Positions 10,463 to 20,254 of a stretch of DNA of 64,000 bases are shown here, in pieces. The position numbers and the translations under genes were made by a program. The notes under the pieces are model-generated. The model did no database searches and was not told the DNA's origin. It saw only the letters and a list, made by a program, of their open reading frames with translations. The DNA comes from an uncultured Gammaproteobacteria bacterium (lineage in GTDB: Bacteria > Patescibacteriota > Microgenomatia > JALYQM01), in NCBI GenBank assembly GCA_964535655.1, contig CAZHTP010000001.1, positions 186,862-250,861 on the forward strand, given 5' to 3'. Numbering within the stretch: position 1 is the stretch's first letter; every line of letters begins with the position of its first letter.

Positions 10463-11788
10463 ATGCTACATGTTAAAAACAAAAGAATAACAGTAATGGG
10501 TTTGGGTTTTCATCAAGGTGGTGAAGGTGTTGCTCGTTATTTAGCAGAACAAGGTGCTCTGGTCACTGTTACCGATGTTAATCCTGCAGAAAAGATGTAT
10601 GGAGCGGTGGAGCGGCTGCAGGATCTTCCTATACTATTTGTTTTAGGACGTCATGATGAGAAAGATTTTATTGATTCGGATATGATTGTGCGTAATCCTG
10701 GTGTTCCCCATACCTCTCCCTTTTTACAAATTGCTCGAGATCACCATGTTCCCGTTGAAATGGAATCCAGTTTATTTTTTAAGTTATCTCCCTCTCGAAA
10801 CATTGTTGCTGTTACCGGGACTAAGGGAAAATCTACTACTTCGCATCTGGCAGCATTTGTAACAGAGTTTTGCGGTAGAAAAACTCATTTGATGGGAAAT
10901 CTCGTTAAAAGTATGCTTGGAGAGCTTAATTCAATTTCGCCAGACTCAGTTGTAGTGCTTGAGCTTTCCAGCTATCAATGTGAAGGATTTTCTCCTTATA
11001 TTGAAGAAATGAGAAAAAATAGTTTGGGTCCGCAGTATAGTATCATTACTAATCTGTATCCGGATCATCTGAATCGATACCATTCGATGGAGGAATATGC
11101 AGCGGCTAAAAAGCAGTTACTATTGACTCAAAGTCGTAATCAAACTGCTATTTTAAATTCGGAGAATGATTGGGGAACCTTTTTTAGAAAAGACGTGTTG
11201 CCGTATGTAGAATGGTACGATTCGCATACTATACCGGAAGATTGGAAATTACGCTTGCTTGGTCGCCATAATAGACTAAACGCGGGGGCAGTGTTACGAA
11301 TGGCAGAAAGAATGGCTTTAGATGATCTTAAAGTGAAGGAAGCGATCTGTTCATTCCCTGGTGTTGAACATAGACTAGAATACGTGCGCACAATTGAGAG
11401 GGTCGATTTTTACAATGATACTACCGCAACTAACCCGAGTGCAGCTATTGAGGGAATTAAAACTATTCAGGGCTTAGGTAAGCGGATTGTGCTTTTGGCT
11501 GGTGGAAATGATAAAGGAATGGATTTTACTGGTTTTGTCGATTTAATTAATAATGCACATATACGAACTGTTTTATTACAGGGTAGTGCTAATGAAAAAC
11601 TGCGAGGAATACAAAATGACTTAGTAGTCGGTTCGTATACTGATTATGAAGAAGCAATTAGAGTCGCTTTTTCGGAAAGTGATGGGGAAGGTATTGTGTT
11701 GTTATCACCTGGTGCTACTAGTTTTAATATGTTTAAAGACGAGTTTGATCGTGGAAAGCAGTTTAAAGAGATAGTACACAATTTATGA
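10463..11788 (+). CDS. murD: UDP-MurNAc-L-Ala--D-Glu ligase MurD
   Basis: VTGTKGKSTT, ELSSYQ, DHLNR, HRLE, NDTTATN, LLSPGATSF..F.....RG. Confidence 0.95.
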   Translation: MLHVKNKRITVMGLGFHQGGEGVARYLAEQGALVTVTDVNPAEKMYGAVERLQDLPILFVLGRHDEKDFIDSDMIVRNPGVPHTSPFLQIARDHHVPVEMESSLFFKLSPSRNIVAVTGTKGKSTTSHLAAFVTEFCGRKTHLMGNLVKSMLGELNSISPDSVVVLELSSYQCEGFSPYIEEMRKNSLGPQYSIITNLYPDHLNRYHSMEEYAAAKKQLLLTQSRNQTAILNSENDWGTFFRKDVLPYVEWYDSHTIPEDWKLRLLGRHNRLNAGAVLRMAERMALDDLKVKEAICSFPGVEHRLEYVRTIERVDFYNDTTATNPSAAIEGIKTIQGLGKRIVLLAGGNDKGMDFTGFVDLINNAHIRTVLLQGSANEKLRGIQNDLVVGSYTDYEEAIRVAFSESDGEGIVLLSPGATSFNMFKDEFDRGKQFKEIVHNL

Positions 11789-13176
11789 AACATGTACATT
11801 TTTTAGGTATTGGTGGAAGTGGGATGAATGCTGTCGCAGGTATTGCACAAGCCTTTGGGTATACTGTCAGTGGTTGTGATATGAAGGAAAGTGAATATTG
11901 GAATGATCTTCGTACACAACATATTCCTATTACGATAGGTCATGATCCTGTTCATCTTGATGGAATCGATATTTTATGTATTACTGCCGCAGTTTTGCAC
12001 CAGAAAGATAAGCCACTTGAATACACAGAAGCGTTAGCTAAAGGAATTCCGGTGATGCAATGGCAGGAATTTTTAGGGAACGAGCTCCAGAAGAACAAGA
12101 GTGTAATTGCTATTGCTGGGACAAAGGGTAAAACTTCAACTACTGCTCTGACGGGACGACTTCTTGAAATAGCACAGAAAGACCCTATTGTTGAGGTGGG
12201 TGGTAAAGTGCTTGATTGGGGTAAAAACTATCGAGTAGGTGCAGGAGAATACTTTGTCTGTGAAGCAGATGAGTTTAATAACAATTTTTTACACTTTCAT
12301 CCTGAGATTGCTGTAGTTACAAATATTGAAATGGATCATCCCGAGTTTTTTAACTCTGAAGATGAATATAATTTGGCTTTTTTACATTTTGTACAAAAAC
12401 TTTCTGTTAGGGGGACGCTGGTTGGTAATGCTGATTCACCCGGCGTGCAATGGCTTTTGTCTCAGCTTACCGATTCTGCTTTAAAAATTGTTACGTATAG
12501 CATGAAGTCTTTGGAAAGTGATATTGCTCTTGCGTCTCTTCATACCCAGAAAGGTATGACTGAGTTTATTGTGCGAGGTTTTCAGGATTCGGACACTTCT
12601 TTTAAAACTACTTTATCGGGAATGCATACCATTTCGAATCTACTTGCGGTGATTGCTATTGCAAAAATATTGGAAATTTCACCAAGTGCTATTCAGTTGT
12701 TGCTGGATACGTTTCAGGGAACAGGGCGTCGGTTTGAATTAATTTGTGAGAAACGGGGTGTTGCCGTTTACAACGATTATGCTCATAATCCGATGTCTGT
12801 TAAGGCTGCATTGGAAGGGGCGCGTATGAAATATCCCCTTGCGCGAATTTGGGCGGTTTTCCAGCCACATATGTACACACGTACAAAATTATTCCTGGAA
12901 CAATTCGCTCATGCTTTTAGTTTTGCAAACGAGGTCATTATTTTAGAAATATTTGCATCGCGCGAGAAAGATTTACCCATATCAAAGGAGGTGGATAGCC
13001 AGATGCTTGCCAGTCGTATTTATAACGTAGACCCTCAGTTACACGTACGTTCGATAGTAGATAAGGAAAAGGCCGTGACAGTACTTCTTAGTGAGCTTAA
13101 ACCCGGGGATGTGGTTGTGAATATGGGGGCGGGGGATAATGGTATAATAGTGGAGACGTTAAAAGAGCGACTATGA
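11785..13176 (+). CDS. murC: UDP-MurNAc--L-Ala ligase MurC
   Basis: HFLGIGGSGM, EADE, TNIEMDH, GTGRRFE, DYAHNP, FQPH, MGAGD. Confidence 0.95.
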   Translation: MKHVHFLGIGGSGMNAVAGIAQAFGYTVSGCDMKESEYWNDLRTQHIPITIGHDPVHLDGIDILCITAAVLHQKDKPLEYTEALAKGIPVMQWQEFLGNELQKNKSVIAIAGTKGKTSTTALTGRLLEIAQKDPIVEVGGKVLDWGKNYRVGAGEYFVCEADEFNNNFLHFHPEIAVVTNIEMDHPEFFNSEDEYNLAFLHFVQKLSVRGTLVGNADSPGVQWLLSQLTDSALKIVTYSMKSLESDIALASLHTQKGMTEFIVRGFQDSDTSFKTTLSGMHTISNLLAVIAIAKILEISPSAIQLLLDTFQGTGRRFELICEKRGVAVYNDYAHNPMSVKAALEGARMKYPLARIWAVFQPHMYTRTKLFLEQFAHAFSFANEVIILEIFASREKDLPISKEVDSQMLASRIYNVDPQLHVRSIVDKEKAVTVLLSELKPGDVVVNMGAGDNGIIVETLKERL

Positions 13177-14219
13177 ACGATTATTCTCAATTTTTAGATC
13201 AATTTAAAATCATCTCTCCTAAAGAAGAGATTCTCTTAAATGAGCCGCTTGCTAAGTATACTACGTGGCGCGTGGGTGGCCCTGCGGATTTGTTTTATGA
13301 GGTGAAATCTGAATCTGAATTAATTAAGTTGGTTGGGTTAGCGCGTGAAATGAGCATCCCTTTTTTTATGCTTGGTGGTGGGGCGAATATTCTTGTTGGA
13401 GATAAAGGGTACCGGGGATTGGTAATTAAAAATGCAATTCAAGAATACACAAAAATAGAAATGCCTGAAAGTTGGAAAGAGCATAGTACTGGTATTGCCC
13501 GCCATGCTGCAGTACATTTTCACTATTATGACGATACTGAAAATGCTAGTTATGGAGCAGATACGGTATTTTATGAGGTCTCGGGTGGGTATTCCATGCC
13601 TCATTTTATTCGAGATATGTTTAAAGAAGGGAATACCGGTCTTGAATGGTTTGTGCGTATTCCTGGGACGCTTGGTGGCTGGATATATAACAATGTGCAT
13701 GGTCATACAATTTTCATTGGTGACTTTATTCATTCGGTACGAATCCTAACAGAGAATAATCAGATTGTAGAGAAATTTTGGAATGAATTAGATTTTGGAT
13801 ATGATTATTCAGTATTTCATACGAACAAAGACATTGTTCTTAGTGCACAGTTGCGATTGTTTAAAGGTAATGTCAAAAAAGCACAGGAAGTAGCAAAAAG
13901 TGTACTCGTTAAAAAGAATGAACACCAGCCAGCAAATAGCGCTGGATGCGTGTTTCATAATGTTTCAGCCGAAGATAAAGAGCGATGTAGTTTTGAAAGT
14001 GATGCAGTTGGCTATGTAGTTGATAAAAAATTTGGATGGCTTGGACAGCAGCGAGTGGGGGGCGCGTGGATTTCTGTAAAGCATGGAAACTTTATTGAAA
14101 CGGATGGAACTGCAACAGCACACGATGTTTTAGCTGTGATGGATGTTATTAAAAAAGAATTTAAAACTAGATACAATATTGATATTAAAGAAGAAGTTTT
14201 TAGAGTAGGAGAATTCTAA
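13173..14219 (+). CDS. murB: UDP-N-acetylenolpyruvoylglucosamine reductase MurB (divergent)
   Basis: TTWRVGGPA, LGGGANILVGD, IPGTLGG, QP..SAGCVF.N, KHGNF, terminal EV. Confidence 0.9.
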   Translation: MNDYSQFLDQFKIISPKEEILLNEPLAKYTTWRVGGPADLFYEVKSESELIKLVGLAREMSIPFFMLGGGANILVGDKGYRGLVIKNAIQEYTKIEMPESWKEHSTGIARHAAVHFHYYDDTENASYGADTVFYEVSGGYSMPHFIRDMFKEGNTGLEWFVRIPGTLGGWIYNNVHGHTIFIGDFIHSVRILTENNQIVEKFWNELDFGYDYSVFHTNKDIVLSAQLRLFKGNVKKAQEVAKSVLVKKNEHQPANSAGCVFHNVSAEDKERCSFESDAVGYVVDKKFGWLGQQRVGGAWISVKHGNFIETDGTATAHDVLAVMDVIKKEFKTRYNIDIKEEVFRVGEF

Positions 14220-14239
14220 CTTCCCAAAGAATTATTTGT

Positions 14240-15559
14240 ATGGATAAATTTATCATTAAGGGTGGTAACCCACTTATTGGAACCGTTCGTGTTTCGGGTG
14301 CGAAGAATTGTGCGCTTAAAGTAGTTGTAGCTGGGCTTTACTCTGAGGAACCAATAGTACTGCAAAATATGCCAAATTTGAGGGATACTAGAGTTATGCT
14401 ACAAATTTTACAAGATTTTGGAGCTGAGACGACTTTTGTCGGAAACACCGTTACGGTTCGAGCCAAAACATTAATTTCTAATGAAGTTTCACTTGAAAAT
14501 GCATCAAAATGTAAAACAGCTACACTCGCATTTGGCCCTTTGCTGAATTTGACAGGTGAGGCGCATATTCCTGATCCAGGTGGAGATAAAATAGGGAAAC
14601 GGCCTATTGATCGATATATTGATGGACTTCGAGCTTTAAGCGCTACGGTTGAATATAAAGATGGATGTTTTCATGCGTTCGCACCTAATGGACTGCGTGG
14701 CAATACATTTCGGTTTGTTAAAAACACCCATGTTGGAACTGAGATGATGCTTTTAGCGACAGTTTGTGCTAAAGGGCGTAGCATTATTGAGAATGCGGCG
14801 CAGGAGCCTGAAATTGATGATTTAATTAGTCTTCTGAATAAAATGGGAGGCGATATCGTACGCACAAATCCTCGAACAATCCGAATTAACGGTGTTGCTT
14901 CTTTGCATGGCGCTAAGCATTCAATTCTTGGTGATCGTTTAGAGGCGGCAACTTTTATATGCGCTGCTATGGCAACTAAAGGAAAGATTGAGCTTGAAGG
15001 AATTGATTGGACAATTATGTCTGCTTTTTTAAATAAAGTAGAGGAATCGGGATGGCATTATGAGATTACCAAAAATGGACTGAAGGTTTTTGGTGACAGG
15101 ATAAAAGCTACCGAAGTAACTACTGAGATTTATCCGGGATTTAACACCGATTGCCAATCTCCATGGTGTGTCGCCATGACTCAAGCAGAAGGCACTTCAA
15201 TCATTCATGAGACAATTCATGAAGCTCGTTTTGGTTATGTAAAGGAATTGCATAAAATGGGTGCAGATATTGAATTATATCGCCCAGAGGTAACAAATCC
15301 AGATGAGATGTATAATTTTAATTTAACTGACGATCGTCCTGATCATCCTCATGCGGCTAGAATTTCTGGACCGAGTCACTTACATTCGGCAGAAGTTGAT
15401 GCAGGAGATATTCGTGCAGGTGCAACTTTAGTAATTGCTGCATTGTGTGCAGAAGGGGCAAGTATGGTACATGGTGTGCATCATATTGAGCGTGGGTACG
15501 AGCGATTTGTTGAGCGATTTGTTTCCCTTGGTGCCCAGATTGAAGTAGTTGGAGAATAG
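14240..15559 (+). CDS. murA: UDP-GlcNAc enolpyruvyl transferase MurA, Asp at the Cys115 position
   Basis: SGAKN, PGGDKIGKRPID, NAAQEPEI, YPGFNTD, DIRAGA, HIERGYE. Confidence 0.95.
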   Translation: MDKFIIKGGNPLIGTVRVSGAKNCALKVVVAGLYSEEPIVLQNMPNLRDTRVMLQILQDFGAETTFVGNTVTVRAKTLISNEVSLENASKCKTATLAFGPLLNLTGEAHIPDPGGDKIGKRPIDRYIDGLRALSATVEYKDGCFHAFAPNGLRGNTFRFVKNTHVGTEMMLLATVCAKGRSIIENAAQEPEIDDLISLLNKMGGDIVRTNPRTIRINGVASLHGAKHSILGDRLEAATFICAAMATKGKIELEGIDWTIMSAFLNKVEESGWHYEITKNGLKVFGDRIKATEVTTEIYPGFNTDCQSPWCVAMTQAEGTSIIHETIHEARFGYVKELHKMGADIELYRPEVTNPDEMYNFNLTDDRPDHPHAARISGPSHLHSAEVDAGDIRAGATLVIAALCAEGASMVHGVHHIERGYERFVERFVSLGAQIEVVGE

Positions 15560-15574
15560 TTCTATCATGAATAT

Positions 15575-15967
15575 ATGCGTCGACGATTTAGACATCATAC
15601 TGCTTCCATAAAGAATGCCTTAAATGGTATCTTTTGGGTATTTTATACTCAGCCCAATTTTCAATTGCACGTTCTGGCAGGGTTTTTAATATTAGTTGCG
15701 GCATATATTTTAGCTATTCCTTTTGGAGAGTGCGCAATTCTTATCTTAACGGTGGTGTTTGTGTTAGTATGTGAGCTTATCAATACTGCTCTTGAGGCGT
15801 TTGTCGATTTACTTAGTTCAGAATGGCAGGGCCAAGCTAAAGTAGCTAAGGACGTATCCGCAGGAATGGTGCTTGTTGCTGCAATTGGCGCAGTGATAGT
15901 AGGATTATTTATTTTTGTTCCTCATGTTGTGCAGTTAGTTTATTATTTTTGGTATATGGATTTATAG
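15575..15967 (+). CDS. dgkA: DgkA-family undecaprenol/diacylglycerol kinase
   Basis: ELINTALE..VD and AKVAKDVSAGMVL; three TM helices. Confidence 0.9.
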   Translation: MRRRFRHHTASIKNALNGIFWVFYTQPNFQLHVLAGFLILVAAYILAIPFGECAILILTVVFVLVCELINTALEAFVDLLSSEWQGQAKVAKDVSAGMVLVAAIGAVIVGLFIFVPHVVQLVYYFWYMDL

Positions 15968-15968
15968 T

Positions 15969-16964
15969 ATGGAGAAATTACTGGGCTTAGTTTTACTTTC
16001 ATTTTTCATCACTGCATTGCTTGTGGTACCGTTTATTGATTTACTTTACAAACTTAAATTTCGTCGAACTCGAGAAAAAGCAAAGGGTTCTGAAAAGAGT
16101 CTTTTTGATAAGCTGCATGGGCATAAAATTGGTACACCGGTAGGAGGAGGCCTGCTGGTTATTTTTGTAACCGTGCTCCTTTCTATCTTTTTGCCACCGG
16201 CTATGGGAGTTGATGGAGGAGGGCGTCTTTGGTCATTACTTTTTGCCTTGATTGGTTTTGGTATTCTAGGTCTCTATGACGATATTCATAAGTTTTTCCA
16301 ATTTAAACAAACGGGTGTTTGGGGGTTAAAAATGCGTTGGAAGTTTGTCATTCAGTGGGTTATTGGTTTGGGGTTAGGCTATCTTCTATACACGTTAGGA
16401 TATGACAATATTTATATTCCTAAGCTGGGTAACTTTTTGCTTGGCCCCGCCTACATAGCTTTTGCTGCTTTTGTTATTGTTTCTTTTTCTAATGCATTTA
16501 ATATCACTGACGGGCTTGATGGTCTAAGTGGAGGGTTGCTTATTATCTGTTTATTGGGATTTCTAGTGATTGCAAACGCTCAAGTTGACCCCACATTACA
16601 AATTTTTCTTGGGATATGGGTTGGTTCAATGTTTGCTTTCCTTTATTTTAATGTCTATCCTGCGCGTATCTGGATGGGAGATGTCGGAGCTTTGGCTTTT
16701 GGCGCAGCACTCGGTGTGGTAGCTCTTTTGACCGCTAAAGTTTTGGCTATGGCAATTATAGGGGGATTATTTATTATCGAAGTTGGTAGCTCAGCAATTC
16801 AGCTTCTTTCGCTTCGTTTTCGTAAGAAGAGAGCATTTCCTATTGCACCACTGCATTTATATTTGCAGACTATTGGTTGGGAAGAGCCGAAAGTTGTCAT
16901 GCGATTCTGGTTGATCGGTGCCATTTTTGCAATCTTTGGTGTGTGGTTGGCAACGATAAAATAA
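15969..16964 (+). CDS. mraY: Phospho-MurNAc-pentapeptide transferase MraY
   Basis: KIGTPVGGG, YDD, NAFNITDGLDGL, WMGDVG, APLH, GWEEPKVV.RFW. Confidence 0.95.
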   Translation: MEKLLGLVLLSFFITALLVVPFIDLLYKLKFRRTREKAKGSEKSLFDKLHGHKIGTPVGGGLLVIFVTVLLSIFLPPAMGVDGGGRLWSLLFALIGFGILGLYDDIHKFFQFKQTGVWGLKMRWKFVIQWVIGLGLGYLLYTLGYDNIYIPKLGNFLLGPAYIAFAAFVIVSFSNAFNITDGLDGLSGGLLIICLLGFLVIANAQVDPTLQIFLGIWVGSMFAFLYFNVYPARIWMGDVGALAFGAALGVVALLTAKVLAMAIIGGLFIIEVGSSAIQLLSLRFRKKRAFPIAPLHLYLQTIGWEEPKVVMRFWLIGAIFAIFGVWLATIK

Positions 16965-16982
16965 TGGTATAGTAGTACCATC

Positions 16983-18137
16983 ATGCAAGAAGAAGCTAAG
17001 TATAAGAAATATTTTATTCCCTTTTCGTTTGCTACGTGTGCCCTATTCTTATCATTGTTTGGTATCTTAATGATTTATGATGCGTCTTCATTTTCTAAAG
17101 CGCAGTCACAGATGATCTGGTTTATATTGGCGATTTGTTCTGGGCTCTTTTCTATGAGTATCGACTATCGATTTTGGAAAAAGCTTTCGTGGCCAATGTA
17201 TATTTTTTCGGTTATTTTATTGATACTCGTTCTTATCCCTGGAGTGGCTGACAAAACCCTTGGCGCGCAGCGCTGGATTCGCTTACCAGCGTTGCCATTC
17301 CTGGGGTCGGTGGGGTTTCAGCCTGCAGAAATTGCGAAAGTTTCAATGGTTGTTTTTTTTGCTTCCTGGTTTTCTAAACCTGGTCGCAAAAGAGACGGAA
17401 AGACGTTTGGTGGTTTTTTATTCTTTCTCGGAATTGTAGTTGGACTGGTTATGCTTGAGCCTGATCTCGGAACAACACTTATTACCGTTTCATCAATAAT
17501 TGTTATTTATATTTTAGCGCGTGAGCCATTGAAATATATCTACCTGTTGCTTCCAGCTATGTTTTTAGGTGTGGTAATACTTATTCTTATTGCACCTTAT
17601 CGTCTTGAGCGATTACAAAGCTATTTTCATTTCTGGAGCGATCCGTTTAACACGCCAGATAGCCTTGGTGCGACGTATCATATTCGCCAAGCAATTATAG
17701 GTATTGGCTCAGGTGGTCTGCTTGGAACCGGTCCCGGACAATCACGACAAAAGTATGGTTATTTACCCTTTGCCGAGACTGATTCTATTTTTGCTATTAT
17801 TGGGGAAGAGTTTGGTTTTTTCGGAGTCACTTTATTTTTGATTGTTTTACTCTTATTTATGCGACAGGGATTTCTTATTGCCGATCGAGCCGATGAAGAT
17901 TTTGGCCGGTTAATGGCAGCGGGTTTTATTACATGGTTTGGAGTGCAGATCTTTCTTAATATTGGGGCAATGTCGGTCCTTATCCCGTTTGCTGGAGTGC
18001 CGTTACTGTTTGTTTCCTATGGAGGTTCGGCCCTTGTTGTAGGATTTATTGCTGTCGGTATTTTAATGAATATTGCCTTTTCGACGAGTAGGAATCAAGG
18101 GATCCGAACGTCTGGCGGAGCTCGAAAACGAGGATAA
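16983..18137 (+). CDS. ftsW: SEDS peptidoglycan polymerase FtsW
   Basis: GAQRWI, FQPAEIAK, EPDLGT, ETDSIF..IGEEFG, GVPLLFVSYGGS; lies next to murG. Confidence 0.92.
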   Translation: MQEEAKYKKYFIPFSFATCALFLSLFGILMIYDASSFSKAQSQMIWFILAICSGLFSMSIDYRFWKKLSWPMYIFSVILLILVLIPGVADKTLGAQRWIRLPALPFLGSVGFQPAEIAKVSMVVFFASWFSKPGRKRDGKTFGGFLFFLGIVVGLVMLEPDLGTTLITVSSIIVIYILAREPLKYIYLLLPAMFLGVVILILIAPYRLERLQSYFHFWSDPFNTPDSLGATYHIRQAIIGIGSGGLLGTGPGQSRQKYGYLPFAETDSIFAIIGEEFGFFGVTLFLIVLLLFMRQGFLIADRADEDFGRLMAAGFITWFGVQIFLNIGAMSVLIPFAGVPLLFVSYGGSALVVGFIAVGILMNIAFSTSRNQGIRTSGGARKRG

Positions 18138-18160
18138 TACCTTTTTGATACAATGCACCT

Positions 18161-19258
18161 ATGAGAATTGTTATTATCGGTGGTCATATTACTCCTGCTT
18201 TAGCAATGATGGAGGCTTTAAAGAAGCTTGATCCGTCGGTTGAATTTTTCTTTATCGGAAGAAAACATACGCGAGAAGGGGATACCGCGCTTTCCGCCGA
18301 ATACCTCATGATGAAGGAGAGAAGGATCCCTTCGTATACGCTTACAACGGGTCGATTACAACGTACTTTTACTCGATATACGATACCTTCACTCGCAAAA
18401 GTTCCCTATGGGTTTTTTCAGTCGATTCGTATTTTAAATAAAATTAAACCGGATCTGATCTGCTCTTTTGGAGGATATCCAGCAGTACCTGTTGTTATGG
18501 CAGGATGGTTCTTGCGAATACCGGCAATTACCCATGAACAAACTCTAATTCCAGGTTTGGCAAATAAAATTATTTCCCGCTTTGTAAAAACTATAGCGCT
18601 TTCATTTGAAGATACGAGGAAATGTTATCCGAACGTGCATACCGTGGTAACAGGGAATCCCATCCGATCTGAAGTTGCGAATCCTTTAGGAAACTTTGTA
18701 CTTAATAAAAATGGATTGCCTGTGGTTTATGTTACAGGAGGAAATCAAGGTTCACATCCGATTAATGATTTAGTATTTACCATCCTTGCGGAGTTATTAC
18801 AAATCGCCCATGTTATTCATCAGACTGGTAATGCAACATTCTTTCATGATTATGAAAAAGCTCAGGCTTTACAAATTGAGCATAAAGGAAAACATAACGG
18901 CAGTTACTTTGCTTTTGATTATGTGAAGCCTGACATCATTGGTGACGTGTTTTCTCTATCGGACGTGGTGGTAAGTCGTTCAGGTGTAAACACGCTCTGT
19001 GAGCTGCTGTTCTTGGGTAAAAAAGCAATTCTTATTCCCATACCTAACCATAAGGAACAAGAATATAACGCTGATTTTTTCTCTCAAAGCGGTCTCGGTG
19101 TTGCGTTAATGCAGGAGCGACTTACCGGGGAGAGGTTACTTAAATTAATTCAAGAAATGCTAGCCAAAAATGTTTCGACGGAAGATTTGGCGAAGGCGCG
19201 TTTAATGGCTCATCCAGATGCGGCACTTTTACTTGCTAAACTAGTTCACTCAATGTAG
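18161..19258 (+). CDS. murG: Lipid II GlcNAc transferase MurG
   Basis: GGHITPA, GGYPAVP, HEQT, TGNPIR, GGNQGS, SRSG, EQEYNA. Confidence 0.93.
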   Translation: MRIVIIGGHITPALAMMEALKKLDPSVEFFFIGRKHTREGDTALSAEYLMMKERRIPSYTLTTGRLQRTFTRYTIPSLAKVPYGFFQSIRILNKIKPDLICSFGGYPAVPVVMAGWFLRIPAITHEQTLIPGLANKIISRFVKTIALSFEDTRKCYPNVHTVVTGNPIRSEVANPLGNFVLNKNGLPVVYVTGGNQGSHPINDLVFTILAELLQIAHVIHQTGNATFFHDYEKAQALQIEHKGKHNGSYFAFDYVKPDIIGDVFSLSDVVVSRSGVNTLCELLFLGKKAILIPIPNHKEQEYNADFFSQSGLGVALMQERLTGERLLKLIQEMLAKNVSTEDLAKARLMAHPDAALLLAKLVHSM

Positions 19259-19280
19259 TAAAAATGCTATAGTTTAGGAT

Positions 19281-20216
19281 ATGCGCCATCCCAGACCTCA
19301 AAAGAAACACGCCTTTCATCGAACTCCAATAGTATCAAAATCGGCACGCAAGATCCCCATGGCAACACCGGTAAAGGGGGAGCGCAGACCATTAAAAATA
19401 TCTTTTTCAGGCATTACAATTTTCGTTAGCACTTTCTTAACGCTGCTTAAAGCGCGATTCTTGGTCTTTCTTTCAGTGTTAATTTTAGTTGTTTTTATTA
19501 TTATTTTTTTCTTTACATCACTTCTTGATATTAAAAACGTAGCATATCGATTTAAAGATGAAGCTGAAGATTGTGTGTCAGAGTCTGCGATCAAGGAGCA
19601 TTATTTCAAAAAGCCAGCAAAAGTTTGGGCTCACTATTCGTATGATGGTAGTTCTTTGAAGAAAAAGTTCCCATGCTTGGATGATGTTTCATTCAACTGG
19701 AATCCATTTAATTTCAACACTTTGTCTATTACTGTTGAATCGGCTAAACCGGTTGCTGAAATTACTATCGTCCGCATTGATGCTGCTAATCTGGGAGGCT
19801 CAAGTGATCAATATTTTATTTCTCAGGCACTTGGAGAAGAGACTGGCTATCTTACTCGTGACGGAAACTTTATTACTCTCGTTGCTAAGCCTTTTGTACC
19901 AAAGTTTAAGTATCGAATATTAAAGAATCAAAAGGTTAAAGATATTCATATATCTGTACATGAGTTGGAGAAACTTTTGCAGATACAAAAATATTTTGAA
20001 ACTGAATTTGATACTATTGCTATTCCTGATGTTGCAAGTGATGGATCGGTGCGCCTTGCTACTCCTTTACTTGAGGAAATTTATATTACATTGCATGATG
20101 ATTTAGCTGTGCAGTTGGGATCTTTACAAGCTATTTTGGAAACGTCTACAATAGATAAGAAGAAGATACATTTAATCGATTTGCGATTTGGTAACCCAGT
20201 GATAATTTTTAGGTAG
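19281..20216 (+). CDS. ftsQ: FtsQ/DivIB-like cell division protein
   Basis: Basic N-tail, one TM, C-terminal IDLRFGNPVI (FtsQ DLR motif); lies between murG and ftsA. Confidence 0.7.
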   Translation: MRHPRPQKKHAFHRTPIVSKSARKIPMATPVKGERRPLKISFSGITIFVSTFLTLLKARFLVFLSVLILVVFIIIFFFTSLLDIKNVAYRFKDEAEDCVSESAIKEHYFKKPAKVWAHYSYDGSSLKKKFPCLDDVSFNWNPFNFNTLSITVESAKPVAEITIVRIDAANLGGSSDQYFISQALGEETGYLTRDGNFITLVAKPFVPKFKYRILKNQKVKDIHISVHELEKLLQIQKYFETEFDTIAIPDVASDGSVRLATPLLEEIYITLHDDLAVQLGSLQAILETSTIDKKKIHLIDLRFGNPVIIFR

Positions 20217-20254
20217 ACTTGTATCTTGGTTCAATTAGTTTTATAGTATTCAAT

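Noticed and set aside
15500-15523. 12-nt tandem duplication gagcgatttgtt in murA (ERFVERFV)
   Set aside because: Two in-frame copies inside a normal-length C-terminal helix; no sign of a variable repeat.
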